Positions 51,723 through 62,088 of a stretch of DNA of 64,000 bases are shown in pieces. Each line of letters begins with the position of its first letter. The first letter of the stretch is position 1. The notes beneath the pieces are model-generated. The model was not told the DNA's origin and did not search any database. It was given only the letters and a program-made list of their open reading frames with translations. The stretch is from the NCBI GenBank assembly GCA_963662545.2, contig CAXXLL010000002.1:1120001-1184000 (forward strand), written 5' to 3'. Source of the DNA: Gammaproteobacteria bacterium. Its GTDB lineage: Bacteria > Pseudomonadota > Gammaproteobacteria > Ga0077536. A program made the position numbers and the translations under genes.

Positions 51723-53000
51723 CTAAAGCGTGCCGAGCACGTCTTCGAGACAGCCGATGAGTAGATCGGCATTCTCGCGCGAGAACGGCATGGGTGGACG
51801 CATTTTCAACACATTATCGAAAGGCCCGATACGACCCATGAGTACGCCGCGTTCCTTCATCATGTTGACCACGCGATCACTTTCCTCGGATGCCGGCTCT
51901 TTGGTTTCGCGGTCCCGCACGAGTTCGATACCAATCCAGAATCCGCGACCGCGCACGTCGCCTATGAGGTCGTATTTATCCTGTAATCGACCGAGCCCTT
52001 CCCTCACGTAGGCACCGACCTTGCGGGCATTTTCCATCAGGTTCTCATTTTCCATGACGTCGAGTACAGCGTTGCCGACGGCGCAGGAGACCGGGTTACC
52101 GCCGAACGTATTGAAATAGAACGACCGCTCGCGAAATTCGTTAATCAGATCGGCGCGGGCCACGACCGCCGCGAGCGGATGGCCGTTACCAATTGGTTTG
52201 CCAAGTGTGACGATGTCCGGGATCACGCCGTCGATTTCATGCCCCCACATCTGTCCCGTCCGCCCGAATCCTGCTTGAACTTCATCGGCGATATAGAGCC
52301 CGCCAGCAGCGCGCACGTGCTCGACGGCTTTCTGCATGAATCCGGGTGGCGCATGCGGCAATCCCTCGTTGGCGAAAATGGGACAGACCAGCATCCCCGC
52401 GAAACCGACGCCATTCGTTTCGAAGTCGGCAATCGCCTCTTTCACGTTCGCGGCATACGCGTCGGCGAGCGCATCGCCCGAAAGCCCGTTGAAAGGACGG
52501 TAACCGTCCGGAAACGGAATGGCACGCACGTTCGGACTGGGCGCCATACCGCCATAAAACAACGGTGAGATTTCATCCACGGCCGTGGTGTTGCCGTGGT
52601 AGGTCATGTCGGTACAAATGATGCCCTTGCCACCCGTCGTCATGCGCGCAATGCGTAGCGCCTGATCGTTGGCTTCCGATCCAGTACACACGAACATGAC
52701 CATCGACAGGGCAGGATCAAAAAGCGCGGTCAGCCGCTCGCCGTAGGCGAGGATGGTTTCGTGCAGATAACGCGTGTGCACATTGAGTGTTGCCGCCTGC
52801 CGTGTCAGTGCTTCGACTACATGCGGGTGGCAGTGGCCGACATGGGGCACATTGTTGTAGCAGTCGAGGTAGCGCTTCCCATCCGCGTCATACAACCACA
52901 CGCCTTCACCCCGTACGATTTGTACGGGTTCTTGATAAAACAAGGGTGCCTTGGCGCCGAGCAAACGCGATCGCCTTTCGATGAGTCCCGCGTTATCCAT
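51723..53000 (-). CDS. Class III PLP enzyme, probable amino-alcohol-phosphate phospho-lyase
   Basis: [45 protein letters not shown] (ETNPPL/PHYKPL-like). Confidence 0.85.
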   Translation of the reverse strand: MDNAGLIERRSRLLGAKAPLFYQEPVQIVRGEGVWLYDADGKRYLDCYNNVPHVGHCHPHVVEALTRQAATLNVHTRYLHETILAYGERLTALFDPALSMVMFVCTGSEANDQALRIARMTTGGKGIICTDMTYHGNTTAVDEISPLFYGGMAPSPNVRAIPFPDGYRPFNGLSGDALADAYAANVKEAIADFETNGVGFAGMLVCPIFANEGLPHAPPGFMQKAVEHVRAAGGLYIADEVQAGFGRTGQMWGHEIDGVIPDIVTLGKPIGNGHPLAAVVARADLINEFRERSFYFNTFGGNPVSCAVGNAVLDVMENENLMENARKVGAYVREGLGRLQDKYDLIGDVRGRGFWIGIELVRDRETKEPASEESDRVVNMMKERGVLMGRIGPFDNVLKMRPPMPFSRENADLLIGCLEDVLGTL

Positions 53001-53046
53001 CGTGTTTCTCCCGATTGAATCCGAGCCTGCCGGGCCCGGACTGCAG

Positions 53047-53814
53047 TTACGCGTTCAGGGCTTCGAGTGTCTCCGGCTGGAGCTGTCCGCCATCGATGAT
53101 AATCGTCTGCCCGGTGATGTAGCCGGCTTCCTTCGAGGCCAGGAACAGGGCGGCGTTGCCCACGTCCTCGACGGTCCCGAGCTTTTTCAGGGGAATCGAG
53201 GCGGCCATGGTATCGAGGTAGCCGTCGCCTAGCCCCTCTAGGCCTTCGGTCACGACATTCCCCGGCACCACGGCGTTGACCGTGATGCCGTACTTGGCAA
53301 GCTCGATACAAGCGGTGCGCACAAATCCGATTTGCCCCGCTTTGCTCGACCCGTAGTGACTCCAGCCCGGAAAGCCTGTTACGAAACCGGTGATGGAAGA
53401 CGTCAGGACAACCCGGCCCTGGTCCGATTTTTTCATGTGCGGAAGACACGCTTTAACAGTCAGAAAACTGCCGCGCAGATTGACCGCCATAACGTCGTCC
53501 CACTCGGCGGGATCCATCTCTTCGATTACTGTCTGTGGAAATATGCCGGCGTTGGAACACAACACGTCGATACCGCCGAACGCCTCGACGGCGGCGGTCG
53601 CCATGCGTTGGCAGGCGTCCCAGTCGCTGATGTCTGCGGCATGGCCGAGAGCGCCGTGACCGATCTCCTCGGCACAGGCGTCCGCTTCCTCCCGGTTGCG
53701 GGAAACGACCAGCACTTTTGCATCGTGTTTGGCGAAAACGCGCGCGATCCCTTTGCCGATGCCTCTACTGGCGCCGGTGACGATGACTGAACGGCCGGAA
53801 ATCGGTGTGAGCAT
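53047..53814 (-). CDS. SDR resembling 1-amino-2-propanol dehydrogenase
   Basis: NAGIFP, TSSITGFVTGFPGWSHYGSSKAGQ, PGNVVTEGL. Confidence 0.8.
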   Translation of the reverse strand: MLTPISGRSVIVTGASRGIGKGIARVFAKHDAKVLVVSRNREEADACAEEIGHGALGHAADISDWDACQRMATAAVEAFGGIDVLCSNAGIFPQTVIEEMDPAEWDDVMAVNLRGSFLTVKACLPHMKKSDQGRVVLTSSITGFVTGFPGWSHYGSSKAGQIGFVRTACIELAKYGITVNAVVPGNVVTEGLEGLGDGYLDTMAASIPLKKLGTVEDVGNAALFLASKEAGYITGQTIIIDGGQLQPETLEALNA

Positions 53815-54008
53815 GCCTGGTCCCCCGTGTGAATTCCCACGCAGTATACGAGGTCTGATACGCGGTTTTCCTGCAGGCGGACCTACGATGGTTGCCGGAT
53901 TGAACGCTGAAATGTCTCGTGTTTCGGCGCCGCTCCTTGCGGCTTCTAATCGCGAATGAAGTTGAACGAAGTCCGTATAATCCCCGGGGTTTACGGAGGA
54001 CCCGGCAG

Positions 54009-55019
54009 ATGAATTCTCGTTTTGAAGCGCTTGGCGAAGCCGAGCGCATCGATCATCTGACGAGCGTAGCGCTCAGAGCAGTACCCTACTGGGGCGTATC
54101 CGAAGCGGCGAAGCTGACGCTTCTGAACATTTCCGAGAACGCCACGTATCGCGTGGACGATCCGGCGCACGACCGACCGCGGATACTTCGTGTTCACCGC
54201 ACCGGATATCACACGCTGAACGGTGTCCGAACCGAGCTCGCCTGGATGAAAGCCCTGCAGGATGAGGCCGGTGTGGAAACGCCGCAGGCGATCCCCGCTG
54301 CCGATGGCGAGCTGATCCGAACCGTTGCGACGCCGGCACTGGACGAGAAACGTTTCGTCGTCATGTTTGCGTTTATCGAAGGAGAAGAGCCGGACGAAAG
54401 CGACTTGCTGGGCCCGTTCGAACGTCTCGGCGCAATTGCCGCAAAGATGCATTTGCATGCCCGGAATTGGAAACGTCCGGCCTATTTCGAGCGGCTGGTG
54501 TGGGACTTCGATCGATCGCTCGGCAATAACCCGAATTGGGGCGATTGGCGCCATGGATTGGCACTCGATGCCGAGCGCATCGCGCTGTTCCAGCAGATGT
54601 CGGACATCATCGAGACCCGGCTCGAGCATTTCGGTTCAGGACCTGATCGCTTCGGCCTCATTCATGCCGATCTGCGCCTCGCTAACCTGCTCGTACAGGG
54701 CGACGAGACCCGCGTTATCGATTTCGACGACGCGGGTCTCGGCTGGTTTCTCTACGATTTCGCGACCGCCGTCAGCTTTATGGAAGACAGGGAGGATATC
54801 GCCGACCTCATCGATGCCTGGGTCCGTGGTTACCGTATGCTCGCGCCGTTGAGCGACGAAGAGGAGGCCGAGATCCCGACCTTTATGATGCTGCGGCGCC
54901 TTCTGATCCTGGCCTGGGTCGGCTCGCATGCCGATACCGATCTGGCCCGCGAACTCGGTGACGCCGCTAGTGACGACACGGTTCCCCTGGCCCGTCGGTA
55001 TATCGAGAAGTTCGGCTAG
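54009..55019 (+). CDS. APH-fold small-molecule kinase (aminopropanol kinase-like)
   Basis: SENATY, LRVHR, IHADLRLANLL, IDFDD. Confidence 0.85.
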   Translation: MNSRFEALGEAERIDHLTSVALRAVPYWGVSEAAKLTLLNISENATYRVDDPAHDRPRILRVHRTGYHTLNGVRTELAWMKALQDEAGVETPQAIPAADGELIRTVATPALDEKRFVVMFAFIEGEEPDESDLLGPFERLGAIAAKMHLHARNWKRPAYFERLVWDFDRSLGNNPNWGDWRHGLALDAERIALFQQMSDIIETRLEHFGSGPDRFGLIHADLRLANLLVQGDETRVIDFDDAGLGWFLYDFATAVSFMEDREDIADLIDAWVRGYRMLAPLSDEEEAEIPTFMMLRRLLILAWVGSHADTDLARELGDAASDDTVPLARRYIEKFG

Positions 55020-55039
55020 TTACGGAAGGCCCTCAGGCT

Positions 55040-55783
55040 CTAAATTTCGAACAGAACGTCCGAACGAATGATGTACTTGGTTCCGCTGACGATCGCCTCG
55101 GAGCTGTGCAGGCAATGCAGGCGATGGAGGCCGTGCGGAAAACACAGCACGCCGCCGGATGGTGTCCTGACATTAATTACAATGGCCGGCTCACTATCGC
55201 GCGCGGGCTGTAATGGATCGTCTTTGTTCAGGTAGAACTGGGTGCGCCCCCCGGTATAGTCGTCGCCAAGAAACACAATAAAAGAGAGCTGACTCCAGCG
55301 GTCCGTGTAAGCATTGGCGATCAACTTATTATCGACGACCATGCTTCCCGGCCACGCGCCGTCGGTATGGGGCTTGAAGTAATCGCCTTGCTGATAGCGA
55401 TAAAAGCGGAAACGCGCGTTCACTCCCACGGCGCGCTTGCCTGAAAACAGGTCGAGATTGTCGTTGGTCAGGTCCGCGGAACGCCGCCACAGGATGTCAG
55501 TGGTTGCCTGGTCGGCAACCCAGGTGACGTTGTGGTTATGGCGGATCGAACGCGGTAGCGAAACCGCGGCGTCGGGTAAATAGCCGAGCGATTCAGTCAG
55601 TTCGATGAGATGCTGACACTCCGATGTCGAGAGGACATTGAGTAACTGAAACGCCCCCGGTAGCGCGTCGACCTCTCGCCGTTCGACAACGCCGGGATAG
55701 TCCACGGCAAGGCCGGCCGGATTGCTCTCGTCATTGGCCCAGGTAGGTAACGCCGGATGCTCTGCGCCGGGTTCCCTCGCCAC
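55040..55783 (-). CDS. Prolyl-4-hydroxylase-like 2OG-Fe(II) oxygenase, 5' end abutting oriIS
   Basis: RFYRY..FKPHTDG, CLHSS..KYIIRSD; frame stays open up to the oriIS junction. Confidence 0.8.
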   Translation of the reverse strand: MAREPGAEHPALPTWANDESNPAGLAVDYPGVVERREVDALPGAFQLLNVLSTSECQHLIELTESLGYLPDAAVSLPRSIRHNHNVTWVADQATTDILWRRSADLTNDNLDLFSGKRAVGVNARFRFYRYQQGDYFKPHTDGAWPGSMVVDNKLIANAYTDRWSQLSFIVFLGDDYTGGRTQFYLNKDDPLQPARDSEPAIVINVRTPSGGVLCFPHGLHRLHCLHSSEAIVSGTKYIIRSDVLFEI

Positions 55784-55800
55784 GACGTAGAAACTGTCCG

Positions 55801-56185
55801 GAGTATAGGACGGACAAAGCCTATTTTAGGAGTATCCGAGATTAAAGCATACGGTGGTTCTGTTGGAAACGCGGCTGAGAAATCGATGAACGGTGAGAAA
55901 ACCAGGCGTTTAATGGGCAGGAAACGGTTGCTGGTGGCGGCGAAACGGGATTGAAGCCGAACGTGTCCGCGGCTGTCGCTAGCGAGGCTTGGCATCCGTG
56001 CTTGAAAGGGTTTTGTCGCGCAGTCGTTGAGCCCCGGCTGGGAAAGTTGGGGTGGCGCCCTGAGGGGGTGCATTTTGTTGTTCCCAATCGTCGTTGCGGC
56101 GCACTCGAGATGGTCGAGGATGCGCCGGATGACGGCGGGGTCTTGTATGCACGCGATGACCTTCACGCGGCCACCGCACGCCTCG
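55801..56185 (-). mobile_element. 3' end of an IS91/ISCR-like element with oriIS
   Basis: EACGGRVKVIACIQDPAVIRRILDHL C-terminus; TTTGTCCGTCCTATAC resembles ISCR oriIS. Confidence 0.78.
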
Positions 56186-56359
56186 GTTGGGTTCCTGCAA
56201 CGCTGCCTCGCTTCGTGCGGCGCGGGCGGTTGCTGCTATCGCGGCGCGTTGCGCAGCACGGCCCCAGGTCCCACATTGGGTAAACGACGCAAGCTCGCTG
56301 GCGTGTAAGGTTTCAATCTCCGGCGCTACCGGATAGTCGCTGGTTGTGTACAGTGCCAT
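56186..56359 (-). pseudogene. N-terminal gene fragment fused to the ISCR remnant
   Basis: GGAG RBS, MALYTTSDYPV..GTW..AQRAAIA, ends at the transposase fragment. Confidence 0.5.
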
Positions 56360-56454
56360 AAAACAACGCTCCTCCATTAGATTTAACTTTTACGCTGTAA
56401 CGCCGGGAGCTCAAGTAGACTCACTGAACGCCCACCGTAACGTTTACACACGTC

Positions 56455-57633
56455 CTACGCGATTGTGTATTGATCGTTCTCCAGTCGAATACGGCGGCGT
56501 AATCGAGCGCTGACAACGTTAGTCCCGCCCGTTTCTTTCATTGTTACATCGAAGCGGTCGCGGCCTGCGCCGTCGAGCGTATTAATCTCATCGAACGCGC
56601 GCTGGAAACAATACAGGGCACTCACGAATGTTTGGCGGTGAAACGTCACTCCGCGCGATTCGAAAGTAAACTGGCCAAGCATCGGGTGCGCGCTCAACGT
56701 GTCCGGATCGGTTCGGAGTGGCGTTCCGGATTTCAGATCAGTGCGCGCATCGCACCACGCGTTGAACGTGGTCACCATGCCAAGGATCTCCGGACCGGTA
56801 TCCTCGAAAAAGTAACGCAGCACCGGCAGCAAGGTATCTGGCAGCGCATCGTTTGCCAGATATTCCGGCGGCAAGTCAGCGAACTCGCCATCATCAATGC
56901 CCACCTCATTCATGCGCCCAGTCCAGCGAAAAACCTGCGGTGCTTTCATCTTCATCTCATGTGACGAGTGGGGATCACGAGAAAGATGCGCGTATAGCAG
57001 CACCATCAACCCGAAATCTGCAGGGCTTGGTCGCCCACCCAGGAGATAGGGCCATTGAAGAAAATGCGCGTTTAATACGTCGAGTAGTGCGAAGTACGAC
57101 TCCTCAATGGCCGGGATGGTTTCTTCGGTGACCCCAAGGTGTTCAAGATAGCCATCAAAGTAGGCCATGATGGGAGCGACGTCCTTGCGCTGCAGCTCCA
57201 TATCACGCTGGTGGGAGAAAAAATGGCCGAACGTCGCCTCAGCAAACGGTCGGTCATCTTCGAGGTAAGTCCAGCGATAGTGCATACCGGTTTTCACCAT
57301 CATTTCGGAACCAAAAAATGCCAGCAACCAGGCCATAGCCCGTTGTTGCGGGGACGTTGGGACAAGTGGATCCTCCGGATGCTCTGCTTCGAAATGAATT
57401 AGCGCGTCAGATGAGTCCTGGATGAGGGTGCCGTCGGTTAGCTCCATCACGGGCATGACGAAATAACCGATGAGTGGAATTATCTCTTGTTGAAAACGCG
57501 GATGCCCCAGAAATATCTGTTGGTAGGGGATTCCCTTTTTGATTAAGTAGGAGCGGATTCTGCCCGAATACCCCGAACCGGGCGCGCCCCAAAGAATCGG
57601 CTTGTCGTGTTGTTTTCCTGTTGTTTTAGACAT
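56455..57633 (-). CDS. Glutathione S-transferase-like protein
   Basis: SGYSGRIRSYLIKKG, IQDSSD, YLLGGRPSPADFGL. Confidence 0.85.
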   Translation of the reverse strand: MSKTTGKQHDKPILWGAPGSGYSGRIRSYLIKKGIPYQQIFLGHPRFQQEIIPLIGYFVMPVMELTDGTLIQDSSDALIHFEAEHPEDPLVPTSPQQRAMAWLLAFFGSEMMVKTGMHYRWTYLEDDRPFAEATFGHFFSHQRDMELQRKDVAPIMAYFDGYLEHLGVTEETIPAIEESYFALLDVLNAHFLQWPYLLGGRPSPADFGLMVLLYAHLSRDPHSSHEMKMKAPQVFRWTGRMNEVGIDDGEFADLPPEYLANDALPDTLLPVLRYFFEDTGPEILGMVTTFNAWCDARTDLKSGTPLRTDPDTLSAHPMLGQFTFESRGVTFHRQTFVSALYCFQRAFDEINTLDGAGRDRFDVTMKETGGTNVVSARLRRRIRLENDQYTIA

Positions 57634-57719
57634 GGTTCTAGGCCTCATTTCAGCCGCTTAGCGGCTGGTTGTGGTAATGGATTACCGACGTCAGCGGCTA
57701 TCCTTGCGGGCGACCTGTT

Positions 57720-58898
57720 TCATGCGAGCTTGAAGCAATAGTGTTCACTTTTTATGCGGCGCGCGAGCTTCGTCGACATCAGCTCAGCGCCACCTGTACG
57801 CGTGATCAAACTGTCGAACGCGGCCTTGCCGTTTTCATCCAGCGCATCGATGACGTCAACAACGCGCTGAAAATGATGAACAACGTTGCTGAAAGCCTGG
57901 GAATGAATCGTTACACCGTGTAGCTCGAAATCAAAGTTCCCCAGTTCTGGATGTGCGCCGACCGGTGCCTTCGGGTCAGTCTGGATCAACGTGCCTGCAG
58001 GGCGATCCGGTTCTCGTGCAACCCAGGCATTGAAGGTATCGAGCATGCCCTGGAGCTGCGGGCCACAATCACGAAACAGATATTCGATAAACGGAATCAA
58101 CGTTTCTGGCAGCGCGTCGTCGGCCGGAAATTCATAATCCAGATCCATAAATTCGCCGTCCTTCAGATTCGCTTCAAACATTCGTTCAGTCCAACGATAA
58201 ACATGCGGTGCAATGTTCTTCATTAAATTCGCCGGGACCGGGTCCCGTCCGAGGTGGGCAAACAGCGGACCGATCAGACCGAAGTCGGCGAGGCTCGGAT
58301 GTCCCCCCAGCAAGTAAGGGTGGTGCAGGAAATGCTGATTTAAGATTTCGAGACACTCGATGTGCGATCCTTCGATAGCCGGGATCGTTTTCTCGTTGAC
58401 ACGCATCGCAGCGGGGAATCCGGCGAAGAATGCGCGGATTGGAGCGACCGCCTCTTGTTGCTGCTTTGGGTCCTTGGACGGAGAAATAGACCGCGCAAAT
58501 TCAGCATCCAGAAAATCTTGCTGTTCGGGAAAGTTCCAGCGGTAGTGCATCGCCGGTATAAAAAAAAGGTCACAACCGAAAAATTCAATCAACCAGGAGA
58601 CAGCTTGCTGTATTGGCGAACTTGGAACCATCGGCCGTTCGGGAAAACGTTGTTCTAAATGCACCATCGTATCGGTGCCATCCTGGATGACCATGCCGTC
58701 CTCCAGTTCGGTAACCGGTATGGCGAAATATCCCACGAGCGGAACAATCTCCTCCATGAATCGCGCATTGGAAGGAAAAATCTCTTGGTAATCGATACCC
58801 TTTTTTATGAGGTAGGCACGGGTACGGCCTGTCCATAGAGAACCGGGAGCGCCCCACAGCATAATCTTGTCGTGTTGCATGCCTGAGTTTCGATACAT
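57720..58898 (-). CDS. Glutathione S-transferase-like protein (tandem paralog)
   Basis: SLWTGRTRAYLIKKG, YLLGGHPSLADFGL. Confidence 0.85.
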   Translation of the reverse strand: MYRNSGMQHDKIMLWGAPGSLWTGRTRAYLIKKGIDYQEIFPSNARFMEEIVPLVGYFAIPVTELEDGMVIQDGTDTMVHLEQRFPERPMVPSSPIQQAVSWLIEFFGCDLFFIPAMHYRWNFPEQQDFLDAEFARSISPSKDPKQQQEAVAPIRAFFAGFPAAMRVNEKTIPAIEGSHIECLEILNQHFLHHPYLLGGHPSLADFGLIGPLFAHLGRDPVPANLMKNIAPHVYRWTERMFEANLKDGEFMDLDYEFPADDALPETLIPFIEYLFRDCGPQLQGMLDTFNAWVAREPDRPAGTLIQTDPKAPVGAHPELGNFDFELHGVTIHSQAFSNVVHHFQRVVDVIDALDENGKAAFDSLITRTGGAELMSTKLARRIKSEHYCFKLA

Positions 58899-58982
58899 AG
58901 TGTTGTCTCCCTGGATGTGAAGGTTAGAAGTAGTCTCATAAATAACAGCGGAGCAGAATAAGGATACAGCTGAGGTGGACGA

Positions 58983-59762
58983 GGTACTGACAAGTTAAAA
59001 AGGTGGTGTGGGTCGAATGCGATCCAATTCTTAACTTAAGGGGCTGTAATCGCGTCCCAGGTCGAGAATGATCGAAGTCGGAACAGCTTAAAATATTTTC
59101 TGTTCAAGGAATGCCTGTGCAGATTGAACAGATTATAGACGGCAGCGTGACTTTCCAGGAATCGCTGGGCTTGGGTGATTGATTTGAATCGTCGCATGCC
59201 TCGTTCTCTGACGCGAGTTGGTTGATGTGAAAGTTCTGCTCGATTGTTGGCGTACTGTTGAGTGTTGTGGCGGACTTCTGGTATTAATGATCGATGTGCG
59301 ACACCGTAGCTGCGCAGTTTGTCTGTGACGATTTCTCTTGGTGTATCGCCCGATTTCAGAAATCGATGGAAGAATCGTTTTGCTGCTTTCGCATCTCTTC
59401 GTTTTTGCAGATAGATATCTACGACTTCACCATCTTGGTCAACAGCGCGCCAAAGGTAGTGCTGCTTACCTCCAATCTTGACGAACACTTCGTCCAAAAA
59501 GTAGGTATCGCCGAAGCCAGCGTGGCTGCGGCGAAGACGTTTGGTAAACTCAGGGCCGAATTTGTTGATCCAGAGCCGAATGGCTTCATAGCTAACGGAA
59601 ATATTGCGTTCGGCTAACAAGTCCTCCACATCTCGAATGCTGAGATTGAAACGGTAGTAGAGCCAAACGGCGTGTTGAATGATAGAACGCGGAAATCGGT
59701 GGCGCTTATAGATGTTTTTCATCCTGATATGCTGCCAGAGGAGCGATTGACTTGTCAGTACG
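58983..59762 (-). mobile_element. IS6 family element, intact transposase 59036-59722
   Basis: IRs GGTACTGACAAGTTAA / TTGACTTGTCAGTACG; YKRHRFP, LDEVFV, LWRAVDQDG. Confidence 0.93.
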
Positions 59763-61000
59763 GCCCAAGCTTCTGATCTACACATTCGATATGTTCGGCA
59801 TGGGTCACTTGATGCGCGCCCTGAAGATAGTGGACGCTTTCCACGCCCGGTGGCCTGACTTATCCACCTTGATCGTGTCCGGCTCTCCCGCCGCAAGTCT
59901 GTACGAGCGGCCGGAGGGTGTTCAGCTGCTGGAGATTCCAGCGGTTTCGCGCGACAAAGATCTCCAGCGGGTGTCGCGTGACCCTAGATACTCGTTAGAG
60001 GAAGCCAGGCAGCGACGGGCTGAACTGATCTTCGCAGCCGCTCGGGATTTCGAACCGACCCTGGTCTTAGCTGACAACGAACCTGTTGGCATGGACGGTG
60101 AGGCACTTCCAACTCTGAGGTGGCTCAAGGAGAGGGAGAGCAATCCATTTTTTGTGCTTGGCATTCGCGATGTCGTGGGCACGCCAGAGGTCATTAGAGA
60201 ACACTGGCAGACCTACAGAGCTTATGAGGCGCTGGAGGAAATTTACGACAAGGTATTTGTCTACGGTACGCCTGAGTTCGACGATCCCGCTCTTAGTTAC
60301 ACGCTGAGTGCTCTTAGTTACACGCTCGGGTCAAAGAGAAGGTCGTGTTCACTGGATTTATCCCGGACTTTGTGGCTTCTGAAGAGAGTCACGAGGGCAT
60401 GGCAGACGACGGCGTTAAGAGGATCTTCCTCACGCTGGGGAGTGGTGAAGATGGGGAACAGGTTATCGTGGCCTTTCTTGACATGCTCGAGGGCAACGGC
60501 AGCGAACTAGCCGCGCAGAGTCTGGTAATAACGGGTCCGATGTTGCCAGACCCACCTATGAGTTCACTCAAGAGGCGGGCAGAGGCGCTCGGCATTGTGT
60601 TCAAGTCATTCGTCCCCAGCATCATTCCCTTCTTGAAGAGCGCCGACCTGGTCATTTCGATGGGAGGCTATAACACGATGATGGAAATACTCTCCCACGC
60701 TAAACGGGCCTTGATCATCCCGCGCGTATGGGGGCGAGGCGACCAACTACTCCGAGCTCGAAAGCTGCACGAGCTGAACCTGCTCGACTTTATTCCGATT
60801 ACCGAGCTGACTACAGACCTGCTGTTCTCCTGGTAATAAGTACGGGAACGTGCAAAGCCTACTTGCCAGCAGTCCCACGAACGTGCAAAGCCTACTTGCC
60901 AGCAGTGGCCAATGCACGCGAGACGAACCTACTCCCCATGGACGGTGCAGAAGTCCTGGCCAGGGCATGCGAGCCGCTGCTCTTCAAGCGAGGCAGTTAG
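59763..61000 (+). pseudogene. GT-B glycosyltransferase (COG4671-like), disrupted
   Basis: DMFGMGHL, ADLVISMGGYNT, IPR; frameshift, stops, tandem duplications; 5' end at IS6. Confidence 0.8.
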
Positions 61001-61074
61001 CGCCACGCCCACGCCTTCGGCAGCCCTCATCGCGTCAGCGCCCTGCAGCACAGGCTGCGTGTTCATGTCATGGA

Positions 61075-61268
61075 GCTCAGCGTCTCCGGCGTGCACCCAA
61101 TCTTGCTCGATATCGACACCAGCGCCGACCAGCGCGATTCATAGTCCTTCTCATGTTCGAATAGCATCCGAACCGCCCGTTCCCGTATCTCCGGGGAATA
61201 CCGTTTTGATTTGCTCATGCTCCAATCCTCTCAAGATTTGGAGCCTCCGGTAAAGCCGGCGCGGTTCA
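61075..61268 (-). mobile_element. Left-end fragment of an IS3 family element
   Basis: TGAACCGCGCCGG terminus; orfA MSKSKRYSPEIRERAVRM..KIGCTPETL. Confidence 0.8.
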
Positions 61269-61893
61269 AGCATATGGAAATGCAGATTGAGGTTTAGCGC
61301 GCTGCCGAAACGTTGGATAAGGGTGACCGCGCCGGTGCTGGCGATGCGGCGCGTATATCGCGCCTTGTGCAGCTGATGCGTGGCCAGCGTTCGATAGACG
61401 ATGCCGAGTACACGGCCCATGACGGCTGGACGGGTGGCGAAGAGAAATCGCAAGGCATGCGGGAAGGTCACGAGCCATTGACGGATCGGGACATCGGGCA
61501 GGATGTCATCGACCAGTGAAGCCGCACTTTCGGCCATGCGCCGCGCGCCGCAGCTCGGGCAAAAGCCCCGGCGCTTGCAGGACGACTGCATGGATGCAGG
61601 AGGTAGAGCAATGCAGGAGCGATTGCCGAGAACGCGACCAGCCGCTCAACATGGCAATCTTCACAGCGAACACGCCAGAAGCCGTACTCGGGGCGAGAGC
61701 ACTTTAAGTAATCCTCGAATTCCCGCTCAACGTAGGCGGGCAAGGGCTTGCCCTGCGCCGCCATCGCATCGGCGAATTCCGGATAGTGCTGCTCGACGAG
61801 CCGATAGAGCAGTGTCTGTTCGGGACGGTGACGTTCGTTACGGAGAACACCGTGACCCGTGCTGGCGTCCCTGCAAGCTGGCGCCTGCGCCAT
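61269..61893 (-). pseudogene. N-terminal part of an IS91/ISCR-like rolling-circle transposase
   Basis: RHRPEQTLLY, VAFS/CKRRGFCPSCGARRM, QRFGSALNLNLHFHML (HUH); 47-bp insertion; cut by IS3. Confidence 0.9.
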
Positions 61894-62088
61894 GATCGCG
61901 TCCTTGCGTGGGTGGTACTCATAATCAGCTTAGCAGAGCGGGCAGGGGGCTGCGTCCAATGGGCGGTTCAGCGCCCAGGACGATGCATTCCCTTCTCTCG
62001 CTTCAAGCAGATATCGACGGCGCTTGAACCGGACGTTCCGAATCGACCTATGTTCGACAGACTGCCGGTATTGAGAGGATAAGCTCAG

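Noticed and set aside
60847-60906. 28-bp direct repeat as a mini-CRISPR
   Set aside because: Only two copies, 5 bp apart, inside a pseudogene
62020-62088. terIS of the ISCR element
   Set aside because: GTTC/TCGA motifs are present but too short to assign
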